Assembly: GCA_963676235.1 (NCBI GenBank)
Contig: OY781044.1
Location: 558,181-622,180, forward strand
Direction of reading: 5' to 3'
DNA: 64,000 bases
Source of the DNA: Candidatus Methanomethylophilaceae archaeon
GTDB taxonomy: Archaea; Thermoplasmatota; Thermoplasmata; Methanomassiliicoccales; Methanomethylophilaceae
Shown: one piece after another, positions 1 through 9,316 of the stretch
How positions within the stretch are numbered: position 1 is the first letter of the stretch
Layout: each line of letters starts with the position of its first letter
Notes under the pieces: model-generated
What the model saw: the letters and a program-made list of their open reading frames with translations, nothing else
Databases searched by the model: none
What the model was told of the DNA's origin: nothing
Made by a program: the position numbers and the translations under genes

Positions 1-1063
1 CGAAGACAGCCTGCTTCTTCTTGTTCTCTGTCATAATAGCATCAGTATGATGCGATCCATGAATATTGATGAAATCGATCGCCTCTGTGATATCCTTTAC
101 GACCTTGATGGAGATTATGAGATCGTTATACTCCGAGTCCCAATCCTTTGCAGTCGCTTTTGTAGTCGGTAACGTTTTAGAAACATATATCTTGGCGTCC
201 GCATCCAATCTTACTTCCACGCCGTTCTTAATGAACTCTGCGCACATCTTCGGAAGGAATTCCTCTGCGATGTTGGAATTGACAAGGAGAGTCTCCACTG
301 CATTGCAGACTGCCGGATACTGTATCTTAGAATCAAGCGTTGTCCTCACGGCGAGATCTACGTCCGCGTCATCATCCACATATATGTGACAGATACCTGC
401 GGCATGTCCGAGCACCGGGATCTTCGTGTTGTTCTGAATATATTGAACAAAAGCATTGGAACCTCTCGGGATGAGAAGATCTATGTACTGATCGAGACTC
501 AGTATCTCCGAGATATCGTCTCTTGTCTCCATAAGGACGAATGCATCTTTCGGAACGCCCTCTGCAATTGCCGCTTTGGTCAGAAGATCGAATAATATGC
601 GATTCGAATTGGCTGCTTCGGAACCGCCCTTGAAAGCCACTCCGTTGCCGCTCTTGAGACACAGTGAAAGTATCTGGGGAACTACATCAGGACGTGACTC
701 GAATATCACTCCGAGCATTCCGATCGGACATTTGATCTGATACAAAGTTAGACCTTTGTCTAATTTCACAGTGGACATTGTCTCTCCGACAGGATCGTTC
801 AATTTTACAACATCGAGTATACCGTCTATCATACCGGTGATCTTCTCATCGGTTACCTTGAGTCTTTTGATAAGAGCATCAGAAAGACCTGCTTTCACAG
901 ATGACTCGACATCCTTTGCATTAGCGACAAGGATCCTGTGACGATTATCATCCAGAGCTTTGGCCATTGCACGAAGTGCGGAATCCTTTGTCTCACTATC
1001 TAATGCTGCAAGTATAAGTGCGGCTGATTTTGCTTTTACGATGTCTTCTGTTATCTTAGCCAT
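1..1063 (-). CDS. proA: gamma-glutamyl phosphate reductase (ProA), C-terminal part cut by the window start
   Basis: Absent from the ORF track because it runs off the edge. My minus-strand translation from ATG (1063..1061) reads MAKITEDIVKAKSAALILAALDSETKDSALRAMAKALDDNRHRILVANAKDVE...FKGGSEAANSN...LIPRGSNAFVQYI...IQYPAVCNAVETLLV, which is the ProA catalytic-Cys context. The plus-strand ORFs 66..389, 386..595, 756..941 and 960..1178 are shadows of it. Confidence 0.85.
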   Translation of the reverse strand, partial: MAKITEDIVKAKSAALILAALDSETKDSALRAMAKALDDNRHRILVANAKDVESSVKAGLSDALIKRLKVTDEKITGMIDGILDVVKLNDPVGETMSTVKLDKGLTLYQIKCPIGMLGVIFESRPDVVPQILSLCLKSGNGVAFKGGSEAANSNRILFDLLTKAAIAEGVPKDAFVLMETRDDISEILSLDQYIDLLIPRGSNAFVQYIQNNTKIPVLGHAAGICHIYVDDDADVDLAVRTTLDSKIQYPAVCNAVETLLVNSNIAEEFLPKMCAEFIKNGVEVRLDADAKIYVSKTLPTTKATAKDWDSEYNDLIISIKVVKDITEAIDFINIHGSHHTDAIMTENKKKQAVF

Positions 1064-1155
1064 GCTCTCACTGCTCCCCGATACACGTTCATATCTTAAG
1101 GTATTTGATGAAACCTATGATGTTTTAAATAGAAGAATTGGATTGTTAGAATTGA

Positions 1156-1242
1156 GCCGAGATGGCCCAGCCCGGTAAGGCGGCGGTCTCGAAAACCGCT
1201 GGTTTCACGACCTCGGGAGTTCGAATCTCTCTCTCGGCGCCA
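1156..1242 (+). tRNA. tRNA-Ser (anticodon CGA), class II, CCA encoded
   Basis: Cloverleaf folded by eye. Acceptor GCCGAGA/TCTCGGC; anticodon stem GCGGT/ACCGC with loop CTCGAAA; long variable arm (GGT..ACC); T arm GGGAG-TTCGAAT-CTCTC; discriminator G followed by CCA. Confidence 0.9.
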
Positions 1243-1561
1243 TTTTTCATTATTTTAAAAACATAGTATCTATTCCAACAAACGTGATGGTCTCGTTTGT
1301 ATCAGTCAAAATCAGTCTCATATTCTATCGACCTAAATAGGTATCAAAATATTCTAACCTATTTATGATACACACAAGTTCTACACCCATATATAAAAAT
1401 CACAATTATACACACCTTAATGAATTCAAATTGAAAATGTCAATTTTATATAACAGACAATTTCTCCAATTATATATGATATTCATCAATTTACTTCCAT
1501 GATGTCGAATTATGTTACCTTTACCGAGAAACATTCATTACGTAAACAACGATGCCCCCAT

Positions 1562-3007
1562 ATGAGTGACACTAATCAGTCACTGCCTTATGACGACAGC
1601 GATGAAAAATCTATTTTATTGTATGCTGGTAAACTAAACGGACATACTCTCAAAGAAATTGCATCATTTGACATCGAATCGGCACGCACATCCACCCATT
1701 CCAAAGGTTTCTTTGGTCAAGCCCTTGAGGAATTCTATTTCTATATCAAAAACAACAACATCGCCGCACCTGACTTCATTAATGTCGGCATGGAACTTAA
1801 ATCAACACCGATGAAGAAAACTAAAGGTAAAGGCATTGTTTCGAAAGAACGCCTGGTCTTAAGCATCATTGACTACATGACAATAAATCAATTAGAATTC
1901 GAAGGATCATTCAAAAAGAAGAACGGAAAACTCTTGATTGTATTCTACCAGTCTAATAACGATGTACAATATTATGATCAAAAGATCTTAAAGGTTGTCC
2001 ATTGGACCTACCCTCCTGAGGATTTGAGAATTATAGAGGAAGATTGGAATACTATATCAAAGATGGTAACAGAAGGAAGGTCTCATGAATTATCAGAAAG
2101 GTTTACACATTATCTAGGAGCCTGTACAAAAGGAATGGGACATGAACGCGATTATCGTGAACAACCCAACTCCGATATACCGGCACGCCAACGGGCATTA
2201 TCCTTAAAATCATCCTATGTCAACAAGATATTCAGAGAATCCACACAAGAAGAATACACAGGTGTATTCACCTCGGAAGCACTCATCGAAAATAAAGTAG
2301 GAGCATTCCAATCAGTATTCGCTAACAGAGATTGGACTGATGACAATTTCGAATCGTTCGTACTCAAAGCATTCGATAAATTCATTGGAATGAAGTGTAG
2401 CGACATTGAAAAAGAAATAGGCATATCACTAAATGTAGCATCAAAATCATACAGATCGCAACTTACCCTTAACATGATGGGTATCAAAACAAAAAAGGCT
2501 AAAGAATTTGTAGACTCAGACATAGAAATGAAGACCATATTCCTCAAACCAAACAATACGTCTCAGGAAAGTATGTCATTCTCATATTTCGATTATATAG
2601 AATTGACAAAACAAACTTGGGAAACATCGGATTTTTATGAAGTCCTAGATAAGAGATTCTTTTTCCCAGTATTCCAAAGACCAAAAAAGAATGGTGACGT
2701 GGTCTTCAAAGGCGCATTCTTCTGGTCGATGCCATATTTAGATATGTGTGAAGCAAAAATAGTATGGGAAGACACACTTGAAAAAATCAAGATGTCAGAT
2801 ATTGACAACCTTATTACATCCAAACAAAACCGTGTCGCTCACGTAAGACCACACGCTAGAAATTCAAAAGATACCTGTATGGCACTGAATGGACAATATT
2901 ATATGAAAAAATGCTTTTGGCTGAATAGGAACTATATAAGTGATGTCGTAAAAAATAGTGGCATTCTTAACAAAAATCAACAATCAAATCTTACAGACCT
3001 TTATTGA
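1562..3007 (+). CDS. type II restriction endonuclease, Sau3AI/MutH-like (GATC-type specificity predicted)
   Basis: The ORF runs 1499..3007. It matches remembered Sau3AI blocks: KSTPMKK..SKERLVLSIIDY, EDWNTISKMVTEGRSHELSE, YLGACTKG, RQRALSLKSSY, HVRPHARNSKD, FWLNRNYI. By N-terminal alignment to Sau3AI the likely start is the ATG at 1562 (MSDTNQ...). Confidence 0.75.
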   Translation: MSDTNQSLPYDDSDEKSILLYAGKLNGHTLKEIASFDIESARTSTHSKGFFGQALEEFYFYIKNNNIAAPDFINVGMELKSTPMKKTKGKGIVSKERLVLSIIDYMTINQLEFEGSFKKKNGKLLIVFYQSNNDVQYYDQKILKVVHWTYPPEDLRIIEEDWNTISKMVTEGRSHELSERFTHYLGACTKGMGHERDYREQPNSDIPARQRALSLKSSYVNKIFRESTQEEYTGVFTSEALIENKVGAFQSVFANRDWTDDNFESFVLKAFDKFIGMKCSDIEKEIGISLNVASKSYRSQLTLNMMGIKTKKAKEFVDSDIEMKTIFLKPNNTSQESMSFSYFDYIELTKQTWETSDFYEVLDKRFFFPVFQRPKKNGDVVFKGAFFWSMPYLDMCEAKIVWEDTLEKIKMSDIDNLITSKQNRVAHVRPHARNSKDTCMALNGQYYMKKCFWLNRNYISDVVKNSGILNKNQQSNLTDLY

Positions 3008-4205
3008 TCTCCAAAATTCTTTCTCCCATCTTTTTTATCAACGGCACCACAAGTGCATTTCCCATTGTGAAATACCTTGAACGCTCAGACATGCCCTCGG
3101 TCCAGTTATCCGGAAATCCATTCAAACGCTCACATTCAATCGGTGTCAATTTACGATATCTTTTGGTCTCCGGATCTAAAATTAGGTGACTAGACCGGTT
3201 CGTCGTACCTTCACTAGTCAACATTGTACGCCCAGGAGTATCAAGATTGTCTGGAAATGGTATGGATCCTTCAGAATAACAATATTTAGCCCCATCTTTT
3301 CTAGTACGCTGAATCCGTTTTGAACCTTTCAAATACTGCCACTTTATCGTATCATCGACATAGTATTTCTCATCCACATCTTGCTGTAGAATATCCCCTA
3401 ATGTGGTCATTTTCTTGGATTTAACAGATACACACTCACGAGTATACACAATGTTATCTTTCATTACACCAGAGTTGTAGAACTTACCCTCAAACGAATC
3501 AGAGATCTCTACCAATGTTGAGAACTGTTTAGAGCCTATCTTAAATTCAGAGACCTTCTTTTGAATTGGCATACGATTAACTGGAAAGGTCTTCGCAAAA
3601 AAACCTTTAGAATTTACAATATCCTCATAATATGACTCTTCCATCAACCTCGCAAACGGCGTATTATTTTTACACGCAAATATGAATACTCTGCGCCTCT
3701 TCTGAGGAAAACCATAATCTGCAGCATTGACGACCCGCCATTCAACATAATAGCCATCATCCGCGAGACATCTTAGTATTATACCAAAATCCCGACCCCT
3801 TTGAGGGACTGGTGATTTCAATAACCTATCTACATTCTCCAGAATCACATATTTTGGACTATGCTTTTGCAGTATCTCGTTTATATGCCACCAAAGAACG
3901 CCCTTCTTTCCCTCAATACCTTTAGCATTCGAACTTGCCACCGAATAATCTTGGCAAGGGAAACCACCTACAAGAAGGTCATGATCAGGTACGTTCTCTA
4001 TTTCTTTACCTATATCATTATTGATATTTACAGACCCTCTGTCTGCAAAATGTCTATTATAACAATTAAATGCAAATTGATCTTTTTTTCCAGGCTCCCA
4101 CTGATTTGCCCAAATTGTTGTAAACTTGCTCGATGCCTCCTCTAGCCCAACACGGAACCCGCCGACACCTGCGAACAACTCCACAACCCTGATCTCATCT
4201 ACCAT
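2991..4205 (-). CDS. DNA (cytosine-5)-methyltransferase
   Basis: C5-MTase motifs are present: I FAGVGGF, IV GGFPCQDYS, VI ENV, VIII QKRRRVFIF, X GNALVVP. It is convergent with the REase and their 3' ends overlap by 17 nt. Confidence 0.9.
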   Translation of the reverse strand: MVDEIRVVELFAGVGGFRVGLEEASSKFTTIWANQWEPGKKDQFAFNCYNRHFADRGSVNINNDIGKEIENVPDHDLLVGGFPCQDYSVASSNAKGIEGKKGVLWWHINEILQKHSPKYVILENVDRLLKSPVPQRGRDFGIILRCLADDGYYVEWRVVNAADYGFPQKRRRVFIFACKNNTPFARLMEESYYEDIVNSKGFFAKTFPVNRMPIQKKVSEFKIGSKQFSTLVEISDSFEGKFYNSGVMKDNIVYTRECVSVKSKKMTTLGDILQQDVDEKYYVDDTIKWQYLKGSKRIQRTRKDGAKYCYSEGSIPFPDNLDTPGRTMLTSEGTTNRSSHLILDPETKRYRKLTPIECERLNGFPDNWTEGMSERSRYFTMGNALVVPLIKKMGERILEINKGL

Positions 4206-4231
4206 TGATGAAAGGTATACTAAGGATCTTA

Positions 4232-4693
4232 TTAATGGTTTGGATCGGTTCGAAAATTGAGTAGGTCGACGAGAGTTCTAACTACATTCTGGATATCATT
4301 CTCTATTTCACATTCCCACACTGTGACCACAGTCCAATTTTCTGACTCCAAAGCTTTGATCTTGTTTTTGTCCCGATTTATATTCCTTTGAAACTTCTCA
4401 TTCCAGAATTCATTATTCGTCTTCGGTAAGGGCAGATTACATTTGGGACATCTGTGCCAAAAACAACCATTAACAAATATTGCTATCCTCTTTCCAGGAT
4501 AACATATATCAGGATGCCCTGGAACCTTATTCCAATAAAGGCGATATCCTGGAAAACCAGCCTCCCGAAGAGCATGACGTAAAATTAATTCAGGCTTCGT
4601 ATCTACGCCTTTATTAGAACTCATAACGTGAGAAACAGCCTCGTTCAAAGGTATGGGAGATCTCTTATCCCGAACATAACTCTGTTTTACCAT
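4232..4693 (-). CDS. vsr: very short patch repair endonuclease (Vsr)
   Basis: Vsr hallmarks: TKPELILRHALREAGF.YRL, PGHPDI, IAIFVNGCFWH, WNEKFQRN..RD. It lies 26 nt downstream of the C5-MTase on the same strand. Confidence 0.85.
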   Translation of the reverse strand: MVKQSYVRDKRSPIPLNEAVSHVMSSNKGVDTKPELILRHALREAGFPGYRLYWNKVPGHPDICYPGKRIAIFVNGCFWHRCPKCNLPLPKTNNEFWNEKFQRNINRDKNKIKALESENWTVVTVWECEIENDIQNVVRTLVDLLNFRTDPNH

Positions 4694-4936
4694 ATTACAC
4701 CTAACCTCACTTCAAATATGAAGCATTGACTTTCAAACATACACTAAAGTAATTTACTACAATATAATTAATTTCGATAATATCTTAAAAAATCTAATGT
4801 TTGTAACACATAAAATAAACCAATTCCGATTTCAATAGTGCCTTGTGTAAATTCTAATATTCAAATAAAAACTACTGAATCTAAAACACAGCAACTATTT
4901 ATCCCCCAACATCCATAGATTCTTCCAGAGAGTCTC

Positions 4937-5392
4937 ATGTTCTGCCATAAATGCGGTAAAGAGGTCGAAGATGGAATATTCTTCTGTCCGTTCTGCGGAG
5001 TAAGTCTGAAACCATCCGATCAGAACCATTCACAGCAGTATTGCAATGATAATTTCCAGGGTGCGTACGCCCTTAAAGATAAGAATGAAGGCATTGCTCT
5101 GATCCTTTCCCTATTGATATCTGGTTTAGGCCAGATATATGTCGGAAAGATCGTCAGAGGCATTATATTCATTATTGCCAGAATTGCACTCAGCCTTGTT
5201 TCCATGACCGTCGTCTTCAGTCCTGGTTTTATCATAAACAACTCGATCGTTCTGAGTTCGGGCGCGATCGTATCTCTCGTGTTCATAAGCATACTATCAC
5301 TCGCATTGTGGATCTATGGTATGTATGACGCTTACACCCTTGCAAAACAGTACAATGATTACTTAGATAAAAATCATCAAAAACCTTGGTGA
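4937..5392 (+). CDS. Zn-ribbon + TM2-like membrane protein, paralog 1 of 3
   Basis: N-terminal CxxC-N11-CxxC (CHKCG...CPFCG), then NEGIALILSLLISGLGQIYVGK, two or three TM helices, and a C-terminal WIYGMYDAY..YN.Y...NHQKPW. Confidence 0.75.
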   Translation: MFCHKCGKEVEDGIFFCPFCGVSLKPSDQNHSQQYCNDNFQGAYALKDKNEGIALILSLLISGLGQIYVGKIVRGIIFIIARIALSLVSMTVVFSPGFIINNSIVLSSGAIVSLVFISILSLALWIYGMYDAYTLAKQYNDYLDKNHQKPW

Positions 5393-5436
5393 ATCCTTAT
5401 ATCCTCACAATCATATCAACATGTTGGTAATTGACC

Positions 5437-5877
5437 ATGTTCTGTTCTAAATGTGGAAAGGAAGTGCATGACGACGAAGTGTATTGTCCGTTTTGTGGCG
5501 ATAATCTCAGATCCTCAACCAACACCACTACACAACAAGGACCGACCTTTTATGCAGTAAGTGAAAGGAATGAGGGTATTGCTCTGATACTATCGCTACT
5601 CATACCAGGTGTCGGACAGATGTATGTCGGAAAGATCGGCAGAGGCATAGCATTCATTCTTTCAGGATTATTTATCTTTGGACTAATGATTTGTTGCTAC
5701 GTACTCATGGGCATTTCATCCAACAATACAAATACGTTGACTGCAGGAATCGTTGCAATCACCGCCATTGCTATGATGGCATACATCGCGATTTGGATCT
5801 ACAGCATGTATGACGCTTACAAATTGGCACAACAGTACAACGATTACGTTTATCGTAATCATCAAAAACCTTGGTAA
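5437..5877 (+). CDS. Zn-ribbon + TM2-like membrane protein, paralog 2 of 3
   Basis: Same architecture as paralog 1. The track starts at TTG 5431, but the ATG at 5437 gives MFCSKCGKEV, matching its paralogs. Confidence 0.75.
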   Translation: MFCSKCGKEVHDDEVYCPFCGDNLRSSTNTTTQQGPTFYAVSERNEGIALILSLLIPGVGQMYVGKIGRGIAFILSGLFIFGLMICCYVLMGISSNNTNTLTAGIVAITAIAMMAYIAIWIYSMYDAYKLAQQYNDYVYRNHQKPW

Positions 5878-6037
5878 TCATGTTATCTAAAAACCCTTTA
5901 TTTTTAGCTCTTTTTGATTCGATACAGCAAACCCTGAGCAAATATGAATGTAAACACATATCGAACTGTGGATCGGTTATGCTTTTTCGATAATCAAGTA
6001 TATATTCTAATGCTCAGATATAATTGTAGGAACAATT

Positions 6038-6421
6038 ATGTTTTGCTCTAAATGCGGTAAAGAAGTGGAGAACGGTCTGATATACTGTCCACACTGCGGT
6101 GCAAGTTTGGACCCAGTGTCTCAACAGAAACAACAGTGTAACAATAATGGTCAAACCGTGTACGCCATAAGGGACAAGAATGAAGGTGTCGCTCTGATTC
6201 TATCTCTTCTCATTCCTGGAATTGGCCAGATGTACGTCGGAAAGATCATGAGAGGATTCTTATTCCTGTTTTCAACAATAATTATAGCAATAATATCTGT
6301 ATTTGTATTCTTCACTTGGATTGTATATCTTGCAATATGGATCTACGGTATGTATGATGCTTACAGCCTTGCAAAAGAATACAATGAGTATGTGTTCACA
6401 AATCATCAGAAACCCTGGTGA
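6038..6421 (+). CDS. Zn-ribbon + TM2-like membrane protein, paralog 3 of 3
   Basis: Same architecture and the same C-terminal NHQKPW. It is shorter, with one TM segment fewer. Confidence 0.75.
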   Translation: MFCSKCGKEVENGLIYCPHCGASLDPVSQQKQQCNNNGQTVYAIRDKNEGVALILSLLIPGIGQMYVGKIMRGFLFLFSTIIIAIISVFVFFTWIVYLAIWIYGMYDAYSLAKEYNEYVFTNHQKPW

Positions 6422-6520
6422 AAAAATAAACCCTGGCTGGAAACAGCCCAAATATTTTACTTTTTAAAATATTCAAATCATACAGAAAATCATAAATCCG
6501 TTTAGTCTCATAGCCCAATT

Positions 6521-6625
6521 ATGAAATTTAAAGAAATGGACAAAAGTCTGCATGTGGTGGGAACGATTGTAATAGTTGCACTGATTATTGTCATAGCGTG
6601 GGGATTCGTATTCCATCCAACATAA
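6521..6625 (+). CDS. possible 34-aa single-TM peptide (MKFKEMDKSLHVVGTIVIVALIIVIAWGFVFHPT)
   Basis: My own reading of an ATG..TAA ORF below the track cutoff. It has a hydrophobic core. There is no clear RBS and no recognisable homology. Confidence 0.2.
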   Translation: MKFKEMDKSLHVVGTIVIVALIIVIAWGFVFHPT

Positions 6626-6665
6626 AACAAAAAATCATTGAATGATGACGTTTAAGAGATGCCAC

Positions 6666-6682
6666 ATATGTTTGAAACATAT
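6666..6682. promoter_or_regulatory. perfect inverted repeat ATATGTTT-G-AAACATAT
   Basis: Read directly from the sequence. A near-identical 16-mer lies at 12241..12256, upstream of cfbC. Confidence 0.25.
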
Positions 6683-6911
6683 TCTAGATTTATCTATTTG
6701 ATTCCCTAAAGTTTGCATTATGAATGATATCAGCCGAATTTATGTAAACAGAAAAAAATCTCTGTAGATTGAAACATGCCCACTGCAATATTGCAAACAC
6801 ATGAAATTAATTCCAAAAAATATAACATTATAGATATCAAAAACTTACAGAGATGAACTTCGAGATACTCTGTTTAAAAGAACATATCCTAAACACTATA
6901 AAGATCCGCGA

Positions 6912-8249
6912 TCATTTTAAACTCATCGTTATCTGTTCAACCCAATTCTCAGAAGAGAGAGCATGTTGATGCATATATGTTCCAAGACTTTTTTTGAATA
7001 CGAGTCCGTCATTGGAACCGTCGATCCCTGCACCTCTTTTCATCGAAAATCCAAATTCATGCTCTTTGTTCAGAATAACATCCGAATAATGATATTCATG
7101 TCCCTTCACACTATTCCTGAAAATAGGATTTGCCCGTAACGGATCCGCTATGACATAACATGGCCCATGACGTACACCTGACATCTTCGCTTCTGCATCG
7201 AACACTCCTGACATCTTATGCTTGACGCCGTTCTTATCAACGATATTGTTACACATCGTCATCAGGCCGCCACATTCTCCGATGATCGTTCTTCCTTCTT
7301 CGGATACATTCTTCAAGCCCTGGAGGAAATCCGTGTTCTCGGATATCCTGTCGACAAACAGTTCCGGATATCCCCCGCCCAGATAGTAGATGTCCGCATT
7401 CGGAAGAGGATCCCCGTTCACGGGCGAGAATTCTATGATGTCCATTCCCGTGTGTCTCATGCTCTCGATGTTATCATGATAGTAGAAACAATAAGCTTCA
7501 TCTACCGGAACAGCGACCTTCAAACCATTTCCGTCAGCGTCTCCATACGGAGACCTGCTATCGAAACCATCAGGAACGTGCATCTCTGCAGCGTTGATCA
7601 ACCGATCGAGGTCTATTGATTCCGTGAGCCCTTCCAATGGAGTTATCGCCTTGCTGTCAAAGGTCTTGAGTGTCTTGAGGCCCAGATACCTTTGTTCCAA
7701 CGAATTTTCTCTATCTTTCCTTACACAGCCCAGGATCTCTATATCTGAATAATGTTCCATCGCCTCTCTGAGTTTCCTCTCATGCTGGGATCCGGAAACA
7801 TTGTTCATGATCACTCCTGCGATCTTGATCTCCTTATCGAAATCACGGAAACCATTCACCATTGCAACTGCACTTCTGGTGAGAGAACCGGCATCGATCA
7901 CCAAGACGACCGGGAATCCCAATATCTTCGCTATGTCTGCTGTTGAACCTTCATCGCCCGTTCCCGTAGACCCTTCATAAAGACCACGGACGCCTTCCAC
8001 TATCGCTATATCGGCATCCTTGGAAGAATATGCAACGAGATTTCTGATGACATCCTTACCCATCATGAAAGTATCCAGATTCCTGGAATGATTCCCTGTA
8101 GCTGCGGAATGATACATCGGATCTATAAAATCCGGCCCTACTTTGAATGGTTGGACCTTCATGGTCTTTGATAATCTCGACATCAGACCCGTAGTAACAG
8201 ATGTCTTGCCTACTCCGCTTCCTGTCCCCGAGATTATCAGCCCTTTCAT
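6912..8249 (-). CDS. cfbB: Ni-sirohydrochlorin a,c-diamide synthase (CbiA/CobB-family amidotransferase)
   Basis: N-terminal GTGSGVGKT P-loop and a C-terminal GATase domain with GECGGLM. ATGA overlap with cfbD. Last gene of the cfb cluster. Confidence 0.85.
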   Translation of the reverse strand: MKGLIISGTGSGVGKTSVTTGLMSRLSKTMKVQPFKVGPDFIDPMYHSAATGNHSRNLDTFMMGKDVIRNLVAYSSKDADIAIVEGVRGLYEGSTGTGDEGSTADIAKILGFPVVLVIDAGSLTRSAVAMVNGFRDFDKEIKIAGVIMNNVSGSQHERKLREAMEHYSDIEILGCVRKDRENSLEQRYLGLKTLKTFDSKAITPLEGLTESIDLDRLINAAEMHVPDGFDSRSPYGDADGNGLKVAVPVDEAYCFYYHDNIESMRHTGMDIIEFSPVNGDPLPNADIYYLGGGYPELFVDRISENTDFLQGLKNVSEEGRTIIGECGGLMTMCNNIVDKNGVKHKMSGVFDAEAKMSGVRHGPCYVIADPLRANPIFRNSVKGHEYHYSDVILNKEHEFGFSMKRGAGIDGSNDGLVFKKSLGTYMHQHALSSENWVEQITMSLK

Positions 8250-9316
8250 AACAACAGCTCTCTTATCGTGTCTCCCGTTTCCAACGGAACTATCTTATGC
8301 GTACCCATCACCCTAGAATGCGATGATATCTCACCGACAGCATTATCGTAACCTGCATTGAGATAATTAGTCAACTGTCTAGGCTGATCGGTTATCATGA
8401 TGTCCTTTTTATCTGGTTTGGGATAGGCGTGCGGTATCCCGACCAGGATCGACATATCAGGCTCATATGCTTCCACGGCCTTCTGAACCTCTTCCCCGAT
8501 GATCGCATATTCATCCAAACCGCCTATGATATTATCGATCTTCACACCTTTGAGAGCTAATTCTGAGAGTATGTCGACAGCATATCCTCTGATCCTCGGA
8601 AGACCTTTAGAAACATCCAGATTAGCAACGAAGAACACTGATCCTCCACAGGCTTTCTGTGCTTCGCTGACTGCGAGGAAAATATCTGCAAATCTGTATG
8701 CAAGCTCTTTCTTCGCAAGCATGACGACAGCTATCTTCTTTCCTTCTTTCAGAGCCTCGACGATCATTTTGCTTACTTTGAATTTCGTAGGTCCCGATGT
8801 AGGTGACAGATAATCCTTTGATGCCATTCCGACAGACCTTTCCATCAGAGTCGCGGCTGTCAATAAGTTCACCTGTCTTTCTGCTTCCGCCTTGGATATT
8901 ATACCTGCGGCGGATGCAGCATTGATCGCAGCTATCGCGCCTTTGGTATTATCCCCCATGCATCCATTGCAATTAACAGGGAACACATTGCAACCTATGT
9001 TCGCTTCCATGATTGTGGCTTCCATATCCTCTCCGATTATCATACTTGAACAGGTGCCTACTACAGCAACCGTCTTCGGATCGAACTTTTCTTTCACTGC
9101 TTTCAATGTGTTTATCAAGGACTCTGAACCGCCGAATACAAGATCGTTCTCCTTCATTCCCGAAGTCACAACCCTTATACCTGCTTCCTCCAACATCCTG
9201 GCCGCCATGAACCCGCATCCTGCGGGGCCATGGATGACTATCACGTCGATGTTCATATCCCTCAGCGTATACATCGCAGCTATGATCGGATTGGGTCTGG
9301 GATGGATCGTATTCAT
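8246..9316 (-). CDS. cfbD: Ni-sirohydrochlorin a,c-diamide reductive cyclase, NifD/K-like subunit
   Basis: Nitrogenase component-1-like fold (VIHGPAGCGF). ATGA overlaps with both neighbours. A NifH-like partner sits in the same operon. Confidence 0.8.
   Translation of the reverse strand: MNTIHPRPNPIIAAMYTLRDMNIDVIVIHGPAGCGFMAARMLEEAGIRVVTSGMKENDLVFGGSESLINTLKAVKEKFDPKTVAVVGTCSSMIIGEDMEATIMEANIGCNVFPVNCNGCMGDNTKGAIAAINAASAAGIISKAEAERQVNLLTAATLMERSVGMASKDYLSPTSGPTKFKVSKMIVEALKEGKKIAVVMLAKKELAYRFADIFLAVSEAQKACGGSVFFVANLDVSKGLPRIRGYAVDILSELALKGVKIDNIIGGLDEYAIIGEEVQKAVEAYEPDMSILVGIPHAYPKPDKKDIMITDQPRQLTNYLNAGYDNAVGEISSHSRVMGTHKIVPLETGDTIRELLL

Noticed and set aside
1243-4936. Integrated prophage or integrative element at tRNA-Ser
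   Set aside because: No integrase, excisionase or phage genes are present. I found no direct repeat of the tRNA-Ser 3' end in 4694..4936 by eye. I therefore report only an R-M/Vsr islet, not a mobile element.
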